Positions 8,767 to 17,734 of a DNA stretch of 64,000 bases are shown in pieces. The translations under genes were made by a program, and so were the position numbers. Origin of the DNA: Chryseobacterium gleum (GTDB taxonomy: Bacteria > Bacteroidota > Bacteroidia > Flavobacteriales_D > Crocinitomicaceae); the NCBI GenBank assembly GCA_945882095.1, contig CAMCWF010000011.1:496-64495 (forward strand), given 5' to 3'. The notes under the pieces were generated by a model. It did not search any database, was not told where the DNA came from, and worked only from the letters and a program-made list of their open reading frames with translations. Numbering within the stretch: the first letter of the stretch is position 1; every line of letters begins with the position of its first letter.

Positions 8767-9804
8767 TTAGTCGGGAATGGAATCCAATAAATGTTTGAGC
8801 TTTTCTTCTTGTTTGCTGGTAAGCGCAGTCCCTTTTTGTTTCTTGTTAATCAAAGAGATGTGCACGTATCTTTCAGGATGTTTTTCAAGGTCATCGACCA
8901 ATTCTTGCAATTCATTATTGGTTTCCACCAATTCATTGTACAGTTTTTCATCGTGCAAGAGTTTACCCATGGTACCCTTTCCTTGGTTCACCTCATCGAG
9001 GGCGAAATTTAGTTTTTTCAAGGTGGTCTGTGCTTCAAGGATGGTCCCTTTGAAGTCTGCAGTCACGAGGTCATCGGTGATTTTTTTCGTGTTTCCAATG
9101 ATTGAATTCACTTTGTCGGTACTGTTTTTAAGGTTTAGGGTAATGCTCTCTACGTGTGACATGACATTGGTAAATTGGTTTTTTTCTTCGCCTACAAAAT
9201 TTTGAATTTCAACGGAAAGGTCTCCAATTCGTTTGATGGTAATTTTCAATTCTTTAATGCTTCCTGAGATGTCATTGGCGCCTTCTTCACCGAATACCCC
9301 TGACAAGGACGTGACCATTTTATCTATGGAAAGCATAAGGTTTTGAAGTTTTTGAGAGATAGGATCGGCGTATTGTTTCACTTGTGAGAACATATCTGCG
9401 GACATTTTTCCCGGGATTACACTCCCAACTTCATAAAACCCTTTCTTTTGTTCAATTGGATAAATAACCAATAAACCTTTGGTAAGTAGATCCAACGATC
9501 CCAATTCAATCATGGTTCCTTTTGGCAATTTAACATCACTCTCCTGTATGCTGAAAGTAACTTTTACCCTTTTACTTTCTGGATTGGTTGGGATGTTTTT
9601 AATTTCCAATATTTTACCGATGACTACACCATTTAGGGTAACATCTCCAGAAACCATCACTTGACCGGAATTAGGGAAATAGGCATGGTATTTTTCATCA
9701 TTTCCAAAAAGACTGTATCCTTTTAAGAAATTGATTCCAACTACCAATAATATTATGGCAAAAATGGCAATCAGGCCTGCTGCGATTTCTTTAGAAAATT
9801 TCAA
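8767..9804 (-). CDS. MlaD/MCE-family protein (outer-membrane lipid asymmetry / ABC periplasmic component family)
   Basis: N-terminal anchor MKFSKEIAAGLIAIFAIILLVVGINFLKG, an MCE-like beta domain and a long coiled-coil tail. The start codon is TTG at 9804, and there is no in-frame ATG nearby. It lies 3 nt downstream of the amidase stop. Confidence 0.8.
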   Translation of the reverse strand: MKFSKEIAAGLIAIFAIILLVVGINFLKGYSLFGNDEKYHAYFPNSGQVMVSGDVTLNGVVIGKILEIKNIPTNPESKRVKVTFSIQESDVKLPKGTMIELGSLDLLTKGLLVIYPIEQKKGFYEVGSVIPGKMSADMFSQVKQYADPISQKLQNLMLSIDKMVTSLSGVFGEEGANDISGSIKELKITIKRIGDLSVEIQNFVGEEKNQFTNVMSHVESITLNLKNSTDKVNSIIGNTKKITDDLVTADFKGTILEAQTTLKKLNFALDEVNQGKGTMGKLLHDEKLYNELVETNNELQELVDDLEKHPERYVHISLINKKQKGTALTSKQEEKLKHLLDSIPD

Positions 9805-9807
9805 AAT

Positions 9808-10989
9808 CTATTTTTCTGCTAATTTAATAGCTTTTTCGATATTTATTCTCTCTCCGTTCAAGAAAGCGATCACAAAAGCACTAGAAAACCCTTTTTCCTG
9901 CAATTCCTTCTTATGGTTTTTTGCCCCTTCTAAATCTTTCACAAAAATGCCTGTGTAGTATTTAAACAAGTTGTCTTGTTTGTATTCATACACCTTCATT
10001 CCCTTAAATTTAGGAGCGGTGAGCGCTATTTTTTCGGAGGAAGTCGCAATTTGTACGGTGAAGAAAACCTCATCTGAAATGGCATTGGCTGAGGGTTCCT
10101 GTTGACCGGTATCCGTTTCACCTTGGGGCACTTCAATTTTAGGCGGTTTAATTGGGTTTTCGATGGGTGTTTCGGTTTGTCCTTCCATGTGGTTTTTGTA
10201 TTTCACCAAAGCTTTAAACATAGAGGACGCCATTTTTTCCTGCCCTTCATTTTTTCCAAGAAAAGACTCTTCATTTGGGTTGGTAAGAAAACCTGTTTCA
10301 ATTAAGACACTGGGCATGGCTGTTTTGTACAATACCAAAAAGCCCGCTTGCTTAACTCCTCTGTCATAGCGACCTAAGGATTTAAATTCAGTTTGAAGGT
10401 AATCTGCAAATTTTATGGCATTGTTTAAATTGACATTTTGCTGTAATTGGATGGCAATCATGGCATCAGGGGTAAGGTCAAAATCCTTGTATTTTGCACC
10501 TTTGTCATCTTCCAATGAAATGATGGAATTCTCTCGCTCCATTACTTTTTGCTGGGATTCTGTACGATGGAGACCTAGTACATAGGTTTCTGTTCCATAA
10601 GCAACGGTACTCCCTGCATTCGCGTGAATGCAAATGAATAGATCAGCATTGACACGGTTCGCAATGTTGGCGCGTTCGATTAATTCTACAAAGACATCGG
10701 TTTCTCGCGTGTAAACCACTTTAATGTCTGGGTATTTTTTCTTGATTTGGTCACCCAGTTTAAGGGCCATGGACAAGCAAACATCCTTTTCATTGGCGAC
10801 TCCCCCATGGCATCCTGGGTCTTTTCCGCCGTGACCGGCATCAATCACGATGGTTTTTATCCTTCCGTAGGAAGCAGATTTTTGAGCAAAGGGTTGAAAA
10901 ACGCCCACGAATGTGAGGATAAAAAGGAGTTGCAATTTCAAGCACACTTGAAAAGCTTCTTTTTTTGGTAGTTTTGTGTTACGTTCCAT
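9808..10989 (-). CDS. N-acetylmuramoyl-L-alanine amidase (Amidase_3) with a C-terminal SPOR domain
   Basis: VIDAGHGGKDPGC and the later IHANA motif are typical of AmiC-type amidases. The C-terminal ~80 aa (FFTVQIATSSEKI...GFSSAFVIAF) looks like a SPOR domain. The track ORF extends to 11148, but the ATG at 10989 gives MERNTKLPKK...LLFILTFVGVFQPFAQ, a plausible signal peptide. Confidence 0.85.
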   Translation of the reverse strand: MERNTKLPKKEAFQVCLKLQLLFILTFVGVFQPFAQKSASYGRIKTIVIDAGHGGKDPGCHGGVANEKDVCLSMALKLGDQIKKKYPDIKVVYTRETDVFVELIERANIANRVNADLFICIHANAGSTVAYGTETYVLGLHRTESQQKVMERENSIISLEDDKGAKYKDFDLTPDAMIAIQLQQNVNLNNAIKFADYLQTEFKSLGRYDRGVKQAGFLVLYKTAMPSVLIETGFLTNPNEESFLGKNEGQEKMASSMFKALVKYKNHMEGQTETPIENPIKPPKIEVPQGETDTGQQEPSANAISDEVFFTVQIATSSEKIALTAPKFKGMKVYEYKQDNLFKYYTGIFVKDLEGAKNHKKELQEKGFSSAFVIAFLNGERINIEKAIKLAEK

Positions 10990-13549
10990 GGCTATTAACA
11001 AAATTAAGCGCGATTCTTTGACCAAAGCTATGCCATATTGCATTTTTATCTTCGTTGCGTTGTTAATAATGCCATTTACCCAAACGGTAAAGGCCCAAAA
11101 CACGCTTAAGGATACCTTGATGTTAAACGATGAAAACATAAAAGACATCGTAAAATATGGCGCTAGGGATTCTACCCACTACAATGTAAAAGACAAAAAA
11201 GCTTACTTGTATGGCAACGCCTATGTTGAAATGGGGGAATCGAAGTTAACGGCAGGAATGATTGTGTTGGATTTCAAAAACAATGAGGTTGAGGCTGTGT
11301 ATATTTTGGACAGCATTCGCAACCAGGTAGAATATCCTGTCTTTGTTGAAGGGGGTGAAACAATGACCTGTCACCGCATGCGCATGAATATGAATACCGA
11401 AAAGGTTTACATCGAGGAGTTAGGCATACGACAAGACGAATTGTATTTTAACATGGGGGAAGCAAAACGCTATCCCAACGATGAGATTCACCTAAGGAAA
11501 GGCAGGTTAACAACATGCGACCAGGAGGATCCCCATTATCATTTTCAGCTGTCAAAGGGCGTTGTAATCCCTGAAAAACGCATTGTTACCGGTCCAATGA
11601 ATTTATGGATCAGTGGAATTCCTACGCCGTTGGGACTTCCATTTGCATTTATTCCCCAAGAAGAAGACCGAACCAGTGGCATTTTATTCCCAGAATTTGT
11701 ACCTGTTTCACAATATGGATTTGGCATTCAGAATTTGGGTTATTTCATTCCCATCAACGACCGTTTGCAAACGAGTGTATACGTAAATCTATACAGCAGA
11801 GGGAGTTGGGGACTTAGAAATGATTTGGACTATTCAAAAAAGTACGGGTACACAGGTCGTGTCAGCATGGGATTTCAACAATTCAACAATGGATTTCCAG
11901 ATTATGGCAAAAACAATAAAGTGACCTTAACTTGGGCGCACCAACAACAGGCAAAATCGAATCCATACTGGAATTTTAATTCAAATGTAAATTTCATTTC
12001 TGACAACAAAACCAAAAACAATTTGGACCCAATCAATCCCCAGTATTTCAATAATTCCTTTAATTCTGACGTCAATGTTATGCGTCTTTTCCCTGGAAAA
12101 CCGCTCACTATTGGGGCGAAAATTTCCATGCGTCAGAATGCAATCGCGCAAAATATTTCGTTAATTTCTCCGATTGTCAATGTCAATTTAACACGCGTAT
12201 TTCCTTTCCAAAGCCTCATCAAAACACCCAAAACGGAACTGGGAAAATCCATTCAGCGTATTGGGTTTACTTACAATTTAGAGACGCAAAACAAGGCGAC
12301 ATTTGGGGATTCCTTATTGTCAAATTTCGATTATCAAGGAATGGGGTCACAATTTTTCAATGGGGTATCACAGGGAATTGGTTTACAAACCACAATGGGA
12401 CTTCTAAAAGGGCGCATTAAAATCACCCCAAATTTCTCTTATGGAAGTAAAATTAATTTCCAACAAATCTCAAAATCTTACAACCCGCTAACGAATGGAA
12501 CGAAGGTGGACACCTTGCAAAAAACCAAAAATTCAAATGAAATCAACTTTAGTATGAATGCTACAACGGTCGTGTATGCCTACTATAAATTCATCGGGAA
12601 GAAAAAACCCATTTTGAGGCACATTATGACGCCTTCCATTGGTTATAGGTATGTACCACTTTTAAACGAATTGGTGTCAGTGCAAGCAGGCGTAAACCAG
12701 GCTGCCATTCAGTATTCTCCTTGGGAAAGAAGTATCTACACAGTAGGAAACACAAGGGCATCGTCATTCCTGAATTTTGGAATTAACAACAGTGCAGAGC
12801 TGAAAATAAAGTCGGATAAAGACACGGTAACGGGGTATCGAAAAATTCGCATCATCGATCAGTTTTCAGTCAATGGAAATTATGATTTCCTCAAGGATAG
12901 CATGCCTTTATCCAATCTACTTTTCAACTTGCGAATGAGTCCTTTCAGCGCATTAAATTTTGTTTCTTCGGCAGAATTCAGTCCATATGCCTGGGATTCA
13001 ACGGGAAAAATACACAAAGAATTTGCCTATGCAAATGGCCAAGGACTGGGCAGGTTTTTGGGGGTTTCATTGAATACAACTTTCACCCTCAGTACCAAAA
13101 AGAGCAAAGACATAATTGCTGAAAAACAGGATGGCTTAAAAACGAAGTGGGACGCAGACTACAATTATTTTTACTTACATCCCGAGCAGGCCATTTATTT
13201 CGACATTCCTTGGAAGGTTAACGTTTCACACGTATTTTCCATGAACGCAAATACGTTAATCACCGCAACCAACCCCAATCCATACGCGCTGATTCAAACC
13301 ATTGCATTAAGTGGCGATTTGACATTTACCAAGCGTTGGAACCTCTCAAGCAATGTAAATTTTGATGTGAAATCGCAAAAAATAACCAACATGAACCTAA
13401 CTTTGAGTAGAAACATGCATTGTTGGGCTTTGCGATTTTATTGGACGCCCATTGGCATGAACAAAAGCTTTTTGCTAAGCATTCAAAACACCTCGTCGTT
13501 GTTCAAAGATGCAAAAATCGAACTCAGAAAACCTCCTTCCTTCTTTTAG
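10988..13549 (+). CDS. lptD: Putative LPS-assembly outer-membrane protein, LptD/OstA-like
   Basis: About 850 aa. The signal peptide is MAINKIKRDSLTKAMPYCIFIFVALLIMPFTQTVKAQ. An OstA-like N-terminal region follows (KAYLYGNAYVEMGESKLTAGMIVLDFKNNEV), then a long beta-rich Asn/Tyr/Phe-rich body ending in ...KPPSFF. The start is uncertain: GTG 10976, ATG 10988 or ATG 11030. Confidence 0.7.
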   Translation: MAINKIKRDSLTKAMPYCIFIFVALLIMPFTQTVKAQNTLKDTLMLNDENIKDIVKYGARDSTHYNVKDKKAYLYGNAYVEMGESKLTAGMIVLDFKNNEVEAVYILDSIRNQVEYPVFVEGGETMTCHRMRMNMNTEKVYIEELGIRQDELYFNMGEAKRYPNDEIHLRKGRLTTCDQEDPHYHFQLSKGVVIPEKRIVTGPMNLWISGIPTPLGLPFAFIPQEEDRTSGILFPEFVPVSQYGFGIQNLGYFIPINDRLQTSVYVNLYSRGSWGLRNDLDYSKKYGYTGRVSMGFQQFNNGFPDYGKNNKVTLTWAHQQQAKSNPYWNFNSNVNFISDNKTKNNLDPINPQYFNNSFNSDVNVMRLFPGKPLTIGAKISMRQNAIAQNISLISPIVNVNLTRVFPFQSLIKTPKTELGKSIQRIGFTYNLETQNKATFGDSLLSNFDYQGMGSQFFNGVSQGIGLQTTMGLLKGRIKITPNFSYGSKINFQQISKSYNPLTNGTKVDTLQKTKNSNEINFSMNATTVVYAYYKFIGKKKPILRHIMTPSIGYRYVPLLNELVSVQAGVNQAAIQYSPWERSIYTVGNTRASSFLNFGINNSAELKIKSDKDTVTGYRKIRIIDQFSVNGNYDFLKDSMPLSNLLFNLRMSPFSALNFVSSAEFSPYAWDSTGKIHKEFAYANGQGLGRFLGVSLNTTFTLSTKKSKDIIAEKQDGLKTKWDADYNYFYLHPEQAIYFDIPWKVNVSHVFSMNANTLITATNPNPYALIQTIALSGDLTFTKRWNLSSNVNFDVKSQKITNMNLTLSRNMHCWALRFYWTPIGMNKSFLLSIQNTSSLFKDAKIELRKPPSFF

Positions 13550-14470
13550 TTACTCCCCGTTGTTGTAAAGCAAAATTTTCGGACCTACCACCATTCTTAT
13601 CGTTGTTATTCTGCGGTTTGGATTGTTCTTATTGGCGTCCTCATTCATCGAAGGCGGAAGCGTTTCCCCTTTTCCTTCAAAAGAAATTCGGTAGGTCAAT
13701 TTCCATTTCACGCCAAGGGCTTTGAGTTGTTTTTCGAACTCTGAAGAAACGGCTTTAGCTCTTTCGGTGGACAGCTCTTGGTTTCTTTTAATTCTGGACT
13801 TCTCATCACCCGAACCTTGCTTGTCTGAATAACCTGAAATCATGAGGATGGTCGCAAATTCTTCGTTAGAAAACACTTGTTCATTGTGGTGATCCATGTA
13901 TTTTTTCCATTCGGAGATGTCATTTTGAATGCCGAGCATGATTTTGGCAATTTCTGCTTTTCCTTCATTCGTAATTAACGAGCTTCCGGTATCAAAACTA
14001 ATGTCTGCGGATATGTTTTTAATTTCCTTATTGGCAGTGATCATTTCTCCCAAAGGAAAAACATAAATGTAAAGCAAGTCGTTCAGTTCCTTCGCTAACC
14101 TTAGGGTTTTCTCATGCCCTTCAGGCGTATAAGGGTCCGTTTCATTAAGCCCTTTAATGATTTCTGCCGTTCGAGCCATCAGCCTTTCCAACTGCACATC
14201 TATCTCTTTAATTCGCTCAGTAGAATCGATGGAATAGAACATTTTCTTTTGTTCTTCCAACTTAAGCATGGCTTCCTCTGCTTTTTCTATTTGTTCTGCG
14301 AGGCTTTTTTCCCTTTCGGCTTGTTTACGGTTTAAAGCATTGACTTCGGTTTCTCCTTTTTGGCCATGAAAAACCGTGGTAGCATATTTTGGTTTCACCA
14401 AAACCCCAGTGTCTTTACAGGCATAGGTTAGTAGAAGCAAGAGGATAAATGGGAAAGTAGATTTTTTCAT
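13550..14470 (-). CDS. OmpA-family lipoprotein with a coiled-coil N-terminal half
   Basis: Lipobox MKKSTFPFILLLLLTYAC. A Glu/Lys-rich coiled-coil region follows. The C-terminal OmpA-like part is ISGYSDKQGS...RNQELSTERAKAV. Confidence 0.8.
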   Translation of the reverse strand: MKKSTFPFILLLLLTYACKDTGVLVKPKYATTVFHGQKGETEVNALNRKQAEREKSLAEQIEKAEEAMLKLEEQKKMFYSIDSTERIKEIDVQLERLMARTAEIIKGLNETDPYTPEGHEKTLRLAKELNDLLYIYVFPLGEMITANKEIKNISADISFDTGSSLITNEGKAEIAKIMLGIQNDISEWKKYMDHHNEQVFSNEEFATILMISGYSDKQGSGDEKSRIKRNQELSTERAKAVSSEFEKQLKALGVKWKLTYRISFEGKGETLPPSMNEDANKNNPNRRITTIRMVVGPKILLYNNGE

Positions 14471-14497
14471 AGCTTGATTTTTTTTCTAAAATAGAAA

Positions 14498-15367
14498 TTA
14501 TTCAGGGATATCTTTTCTGTATTTTCCGAGTACATAGGTAAATTTCGCGCCAAAAAAGATCACTTGAGATGAATAATAAACCCAGGCCATCAGAATAAAC
14601 AGGGTACCAATAACGTCTCCCTTACCCAGAAAAAAGTATTCTTGGAGGTAAATTTTAATGAAAATTTGACTTAGGTAAAGTAAAACCGCGGTCAGCAAGG
14701 CCCCCTGAAATGCGAGGCGCAAACGAATTTCACCATCGTGTACGAACTTAAAAATGATGGAAATGATGGCGAAGTTCATCCCGATGGAAAGAAGGTGATG
14801 AAAAACAATGTATCCAAAATTTAAGCTTCCATGTTTGTTATTAAAGTAATTTTCAATGAAGGAGAAGGCAAAGATTTGAATGAAATAAGAAACAAAAATA
14901 ATCAAGGCAAAAAAGGCCAAATAGGTAATGGAAAGAAATCTGAATTTAATAAAATCCATAAAGATGTTTAGTTTCTCTCGCTTTCTTTTTTGAATGTTAA
15001 AAAACTCGTTGATGCTGAACTTCAAGGAGACCATGAACGCGGAACAAGAGTACATCAGGAGGAAAATCATAGCCACATTTAAGAGCCATGAATTGGATTG
15101 GCGTTCCATGAATTTTAGGTAGTTTGTAAAAACTGCGATGTCATCAATTCCAATGTTCTTTTGAAATAAATCGGTTATGATTTGAATGCAACGATCTTGT
15201 CCGAATAAATTCCCAAAACTAATCAACGATAGGTAAAGCAATGGAATCAGGGCAAAGAGGGTGTAATACGAAAGGGCTGCTCCATGAAAATAGGATCCTT
15301 CCTCTAAAAACTCGATGACCGTTCTTTTAACAATTTGAAAATAAGTAACGTGCTTTTTCTGTCTCAT
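14498..15367 (-). CDS. YihY/BrkB-family integral membrane protein (formerly called 'ribonuclease BN-like')
   Basis: 289 aa with about 6 TM helices. The family-typical N-terminus is FLEEGSYFHGAALSYYTLFALIPLLYL. Its ATG overlaps the ABC ATPase stop as ATGA at 15364..15367. Confidence 0.85.
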   Translation of the reverse strand: MRQKKHVTYFQIVKRTVIEFLEEGSYFHGAALSYYTLFALIPLLYLSLISFGNLFGQDRCIQIITDLFQKNIGIDDIAVFTNYLKFMERQSNSWLLNVAMIFLLMYSCSAFMVSLKFSINEFFNIQKRKREKLNIFMDFIKFRFLSITYLAFFALIIFVSYFIQIFAFSFIENYFNNKHGSLNFGYIVFHHLLSIGMNFAIISIIFKFVHDGEIRLRLAFQGALLTAVLLYLSQIFIKIYLQEYFFLGKGDVIGTLFILMAWVYYSSQVIFFGAKFTYVLGKYRKDIPE

Positions 15368-16284
15368 CTTTTTAAATCAATTTGAATATGACTCACTTCG
15401 GCAAGGGGTTCCATGGCATATAAAATGATTTTTTCTCCTTGGTGACTGGTGAAATGGTTTAGGTATACCATGCCATTAAACATCGCTTTTTCGAATGTTA
15501 CCCCTACTCCATCCGTTGAAATCTTGTATTCCGTAGGTCTAAAATACATCGTTTTATCACCCATTGCAAGGGCGTTTACAATTCCCAACAATTCAGCATC
15601 ACGTTTCGATTTTATATTATAATACATAGGAATCGGAGGAAGGAATTTAGATAACTTACCTTGATTCAGCAAAGCCAACTTATCACATAAACCCATGAGT
15701 TCCTGTCCATCGTGGGATACCAACACGACGGTGATGTGCTCTTTCTGTTTTACCTTTAAAATGAGGTTGGTTAAACGATTGCGCAACCTATGATCCAAGT
15801 GGGAAAAAGGTTCATCGAGTAATAGCATCTTTGGCTTGGGTGCAATCGCTCGCGCAATGGCTAAACGTTGTTGTTCACCGCCTGACAATTGATGGGCTTT
15901 GAGCTGGGAAACCTTTTGTAGGTCAAAAAGTTGTAATAACCTTACAACCCTAGCTTCTCGTTTTTCTGTCGGCCAATTCAATATCGCTTCACGTAGGTTC
16001 TCTGTGGTTGTATGGTAAACATCCAACTTAAAATCTTGATTAACCGTAGCTACCTCGGGGTTACCAGGGATCATTCTCTGCGAAGGCAATGGCATTTGTT
16101 TACCGTTGATTATAACCTCTCCTTCGCTTGCATCCAAGTGACCAGAAATTATTTTTAACAAACTGGATTTACCAGCACCGCTTCTCCCTGCAATGCCAAT
16201 GATTTCATTTTTGAGGATTTCAATTGAAATGTTCTTTAAAATTTCTTTATCGTAGGATAAGGAAATATTTTTCAATTCCAACAT
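15364..16284 (-). CDS. ABC transporter ATP-binding protein with a C-terminal TOBE-like extension
   Basis: Walker A GRSGAGKSS, signature LSGGEQQR, Walker B LLLDEPFSHLD and H-loop VSHDG. About 90 extra C-terminal residues resemble the regulatory beta domain of importer ATPases. The track start at 16347 is an extension, and the ATG at 16284 gives the typical MLELKNISLSY. Confidence 0.9.
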   Translation of the reverse strand: MLELKNISLSYDKEILKNISIEILKNEIIGIAGRSGAGKSSLLKIISGHLDASEGEVIINGKQMPLPSQRMIPGNPEVATVNQDFKLDVYHTTTENLREAILNWPTEKREARVVRLLQLFDLQKVSQLKAHQLSGGEQQRLAIARAIAPKPKMLLLDEPFSHLDHRLRNRLTNLILKVKQKEHITVVLVSHDGQELMGLCDKLALLNQGKLSKFLPPIPMYYNIKSKRDAELLGIVNALAMGDKTMYFRPTEYKISTDGVGVTFEKAMFNGMVYLNHFTSHQGEKIILYAMEPLAEVSHIQIDLKR

Positions 16285-16285
16285 C

Positions 16286-16711
16286 TTAGTTGAGGGATTC
16301 AGGAAAGGCGTGGTTTGAAATATAAATCCCTGAAATTGGGTTTCCAAATGCTTCGTTGTCTTTAAATGAAACTTTCAAAAGGATTTTATCGCCTTCTTCT
16401 TGAATGTCAAAATTTTCCAAAATGGACTCTGAAAAAGCAAATTCAACTTTTGAACCGTCGACCAAATCAAATTGAACGGTACGCATTTCAATGATCGGAA
16501 ATTCAAAGGGACCGGAAACGGATTGTTCTCCTTTTAATACATAAACACCATTTTCTTGAATGGAAAAATCTTTTACGTTCCGCACTTGAAGCTCATCTGT
16601 CCAATGGTGCCTTTTGTTGTCCACACTTTCCTCCCCACCATGTTTAAGGTCGGCTACTTCTTGAGAATACAGGTCATTTACGTGATAACAGAATAATTGG
16701 CAGGTTTTCAT
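16286..16711 (-). CDS. Hypothetical acidic cytoplasmic protein, 141 aa
   Basis: ATG start, no signal peptide, no motif I recognise. Its stop lies 1 nt before the ABC ATPase ATG, so it appears co-transcribed and coupled. Confidence 0.5.
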   Translation of the reverse strand: MKTCQLFCYHVNDLYSQEVADLKHGGEESVDNKRHHWTDELQVRNVKDFSIQENGVYVLKGEQSVSGPFEFPIIEMRTVQFDLVDGSKVEFAFSESILENFDIQEEGDKILLKVSFKDNEAFGNPISGIYISNHAFPESLN

Positions 16712-16762
16712 TGGTAAGATTTATACGATTTTCAATTCATGTTAAAGCTACGAAATTATGCG

Positions 16763-17632
16763 TTAGGGCTTCATTCGTATTCCGACAATGTTAGGTAAAT
16801 TCCAGAAATGATTGTTCTTATCGGTCTCATAGCTGGTAGAAATCCAAGAGCCCACTTTTTGGATGCAATGTTCATTTACATCCACAAGAAGTGATGTTTC
16901 AGGGCCACCTTCTAGGTAAAGTGCATGCGAAAGTTCAAAAGGCATTTCTTTCATAAATGCAATCATTTGGTTTTGGGAATAAGGGGAACGACAAAAGATT
17001 AAATAGAACCTTCCTTGGGGGTCTTTAGCAGCTACCAACATGCTACAAGATTGTTTGCGACGGGTCCACGACATAGGTCCACCATTGCAATCGATCATTC
17101 GTAAACATTGGACATAGCCCTCAAAGTCATTTTTTGCAGATTGCCAATTTGCACATTGGAGGTCTAGAATGTCAATGTTATTGTATTTACTGGTGTCTTT
17201 GGGTCCAACCCCCAACATGCAATTGAATCCTTCGGCTAAATTTGGGTTGTTATAATGGTCAAAAGTTTTCAAGAAGCCTCTGGCATTCAATGGTTTAGAT
17301 AATTCATACATCCCCGCATTGAAAACAATGTTTAAGCGAAGTGAATCTGCCCATTCCATGGCGTCTTTTCGGACTGAGTCCCCATGCGTTGCTGCGTATA
17401 CGTGAAATTCAAGTTGGTCAGGATTTAACCGCAAAATCGTTAACTTCGAATCACCCACATAGGATTTAAGGGGCGCAAAAGTTTCAAGTAAGGAAATTCC
17501 TTTGCCCAACGTTTGCCATTGGTAAAAATCGGGTTTTTCTCCTTTAAGCAGAACCGAATCTTGCGCAAAAAAACCCAAACTGAAAGTTAAAAAGAGGAAA
17601 AGAAAACAAGCGCACGTAAATTTATGGATCAT
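16763..17632 (-). CDS. Phosphodiester glycosidase (DUF2233/NAGPA-like) family protein, secreted
   Basis: Signal peptide MIHKFTCACFLFLFLTFSLGFFAQ. The internal NIVFNAGMY and C-terminal ALYLEGGPETSLLV resemble the NGG.F and LDGGGS motifs of this family. Assignment is from memory. Confidence 0.55.
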   Translation of the reverse strand: MIHKFTCACFLFLFLTFSLGFFAQDSVLLKGEKPDFYQWQTLGKGISLLETFAPLKSYVGDSKLTILRLNPDQLEFHVYAATHGDSVRKDAMEWADSLRLNIVFNAGMYELSKPLNARGFLKTFDHYNNPNLAEGFNCMLGVGPKDTSKYNNIDILDLQCANWQSAKNDFEGYVQCLRMIDCNGGPMSWTRRKQSCSMLVAAKDPQGRFYLIFCRSPYSQNQMIAFMKEMPFELSHALYLEGGPETSLLVDVNEHCIQKVGSWISTSYETDKNNHFWNLPNIVGIRMKP

Positions 17633-17734
17633 GGATTGGGTTCATTTTAAAAATGCATTACAAAATTGCTTTTTTTAACTAAATTTTGAAAGGAATTTGG
17701 GCGGCATGTTGGTAACTTTAGTAATTTTAGAACC

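Noticed and set aside
10990-11148. N-terminal extensions proposed by longest-ORF calls (amidase to 11148, ABC ATPase to 16347, T9SS protein to 38558, fasciclin-CTD to 63098, MenC-like to 44157, ribF from 51949, S8 peptidase to 3806)
   Set aside because: Several begin at GTG or TTG and overlap neighbouring genes. They also place non-signal sequence in front of an obvious signal peptide or a conserved N-terminus that starts at an internal ATG.
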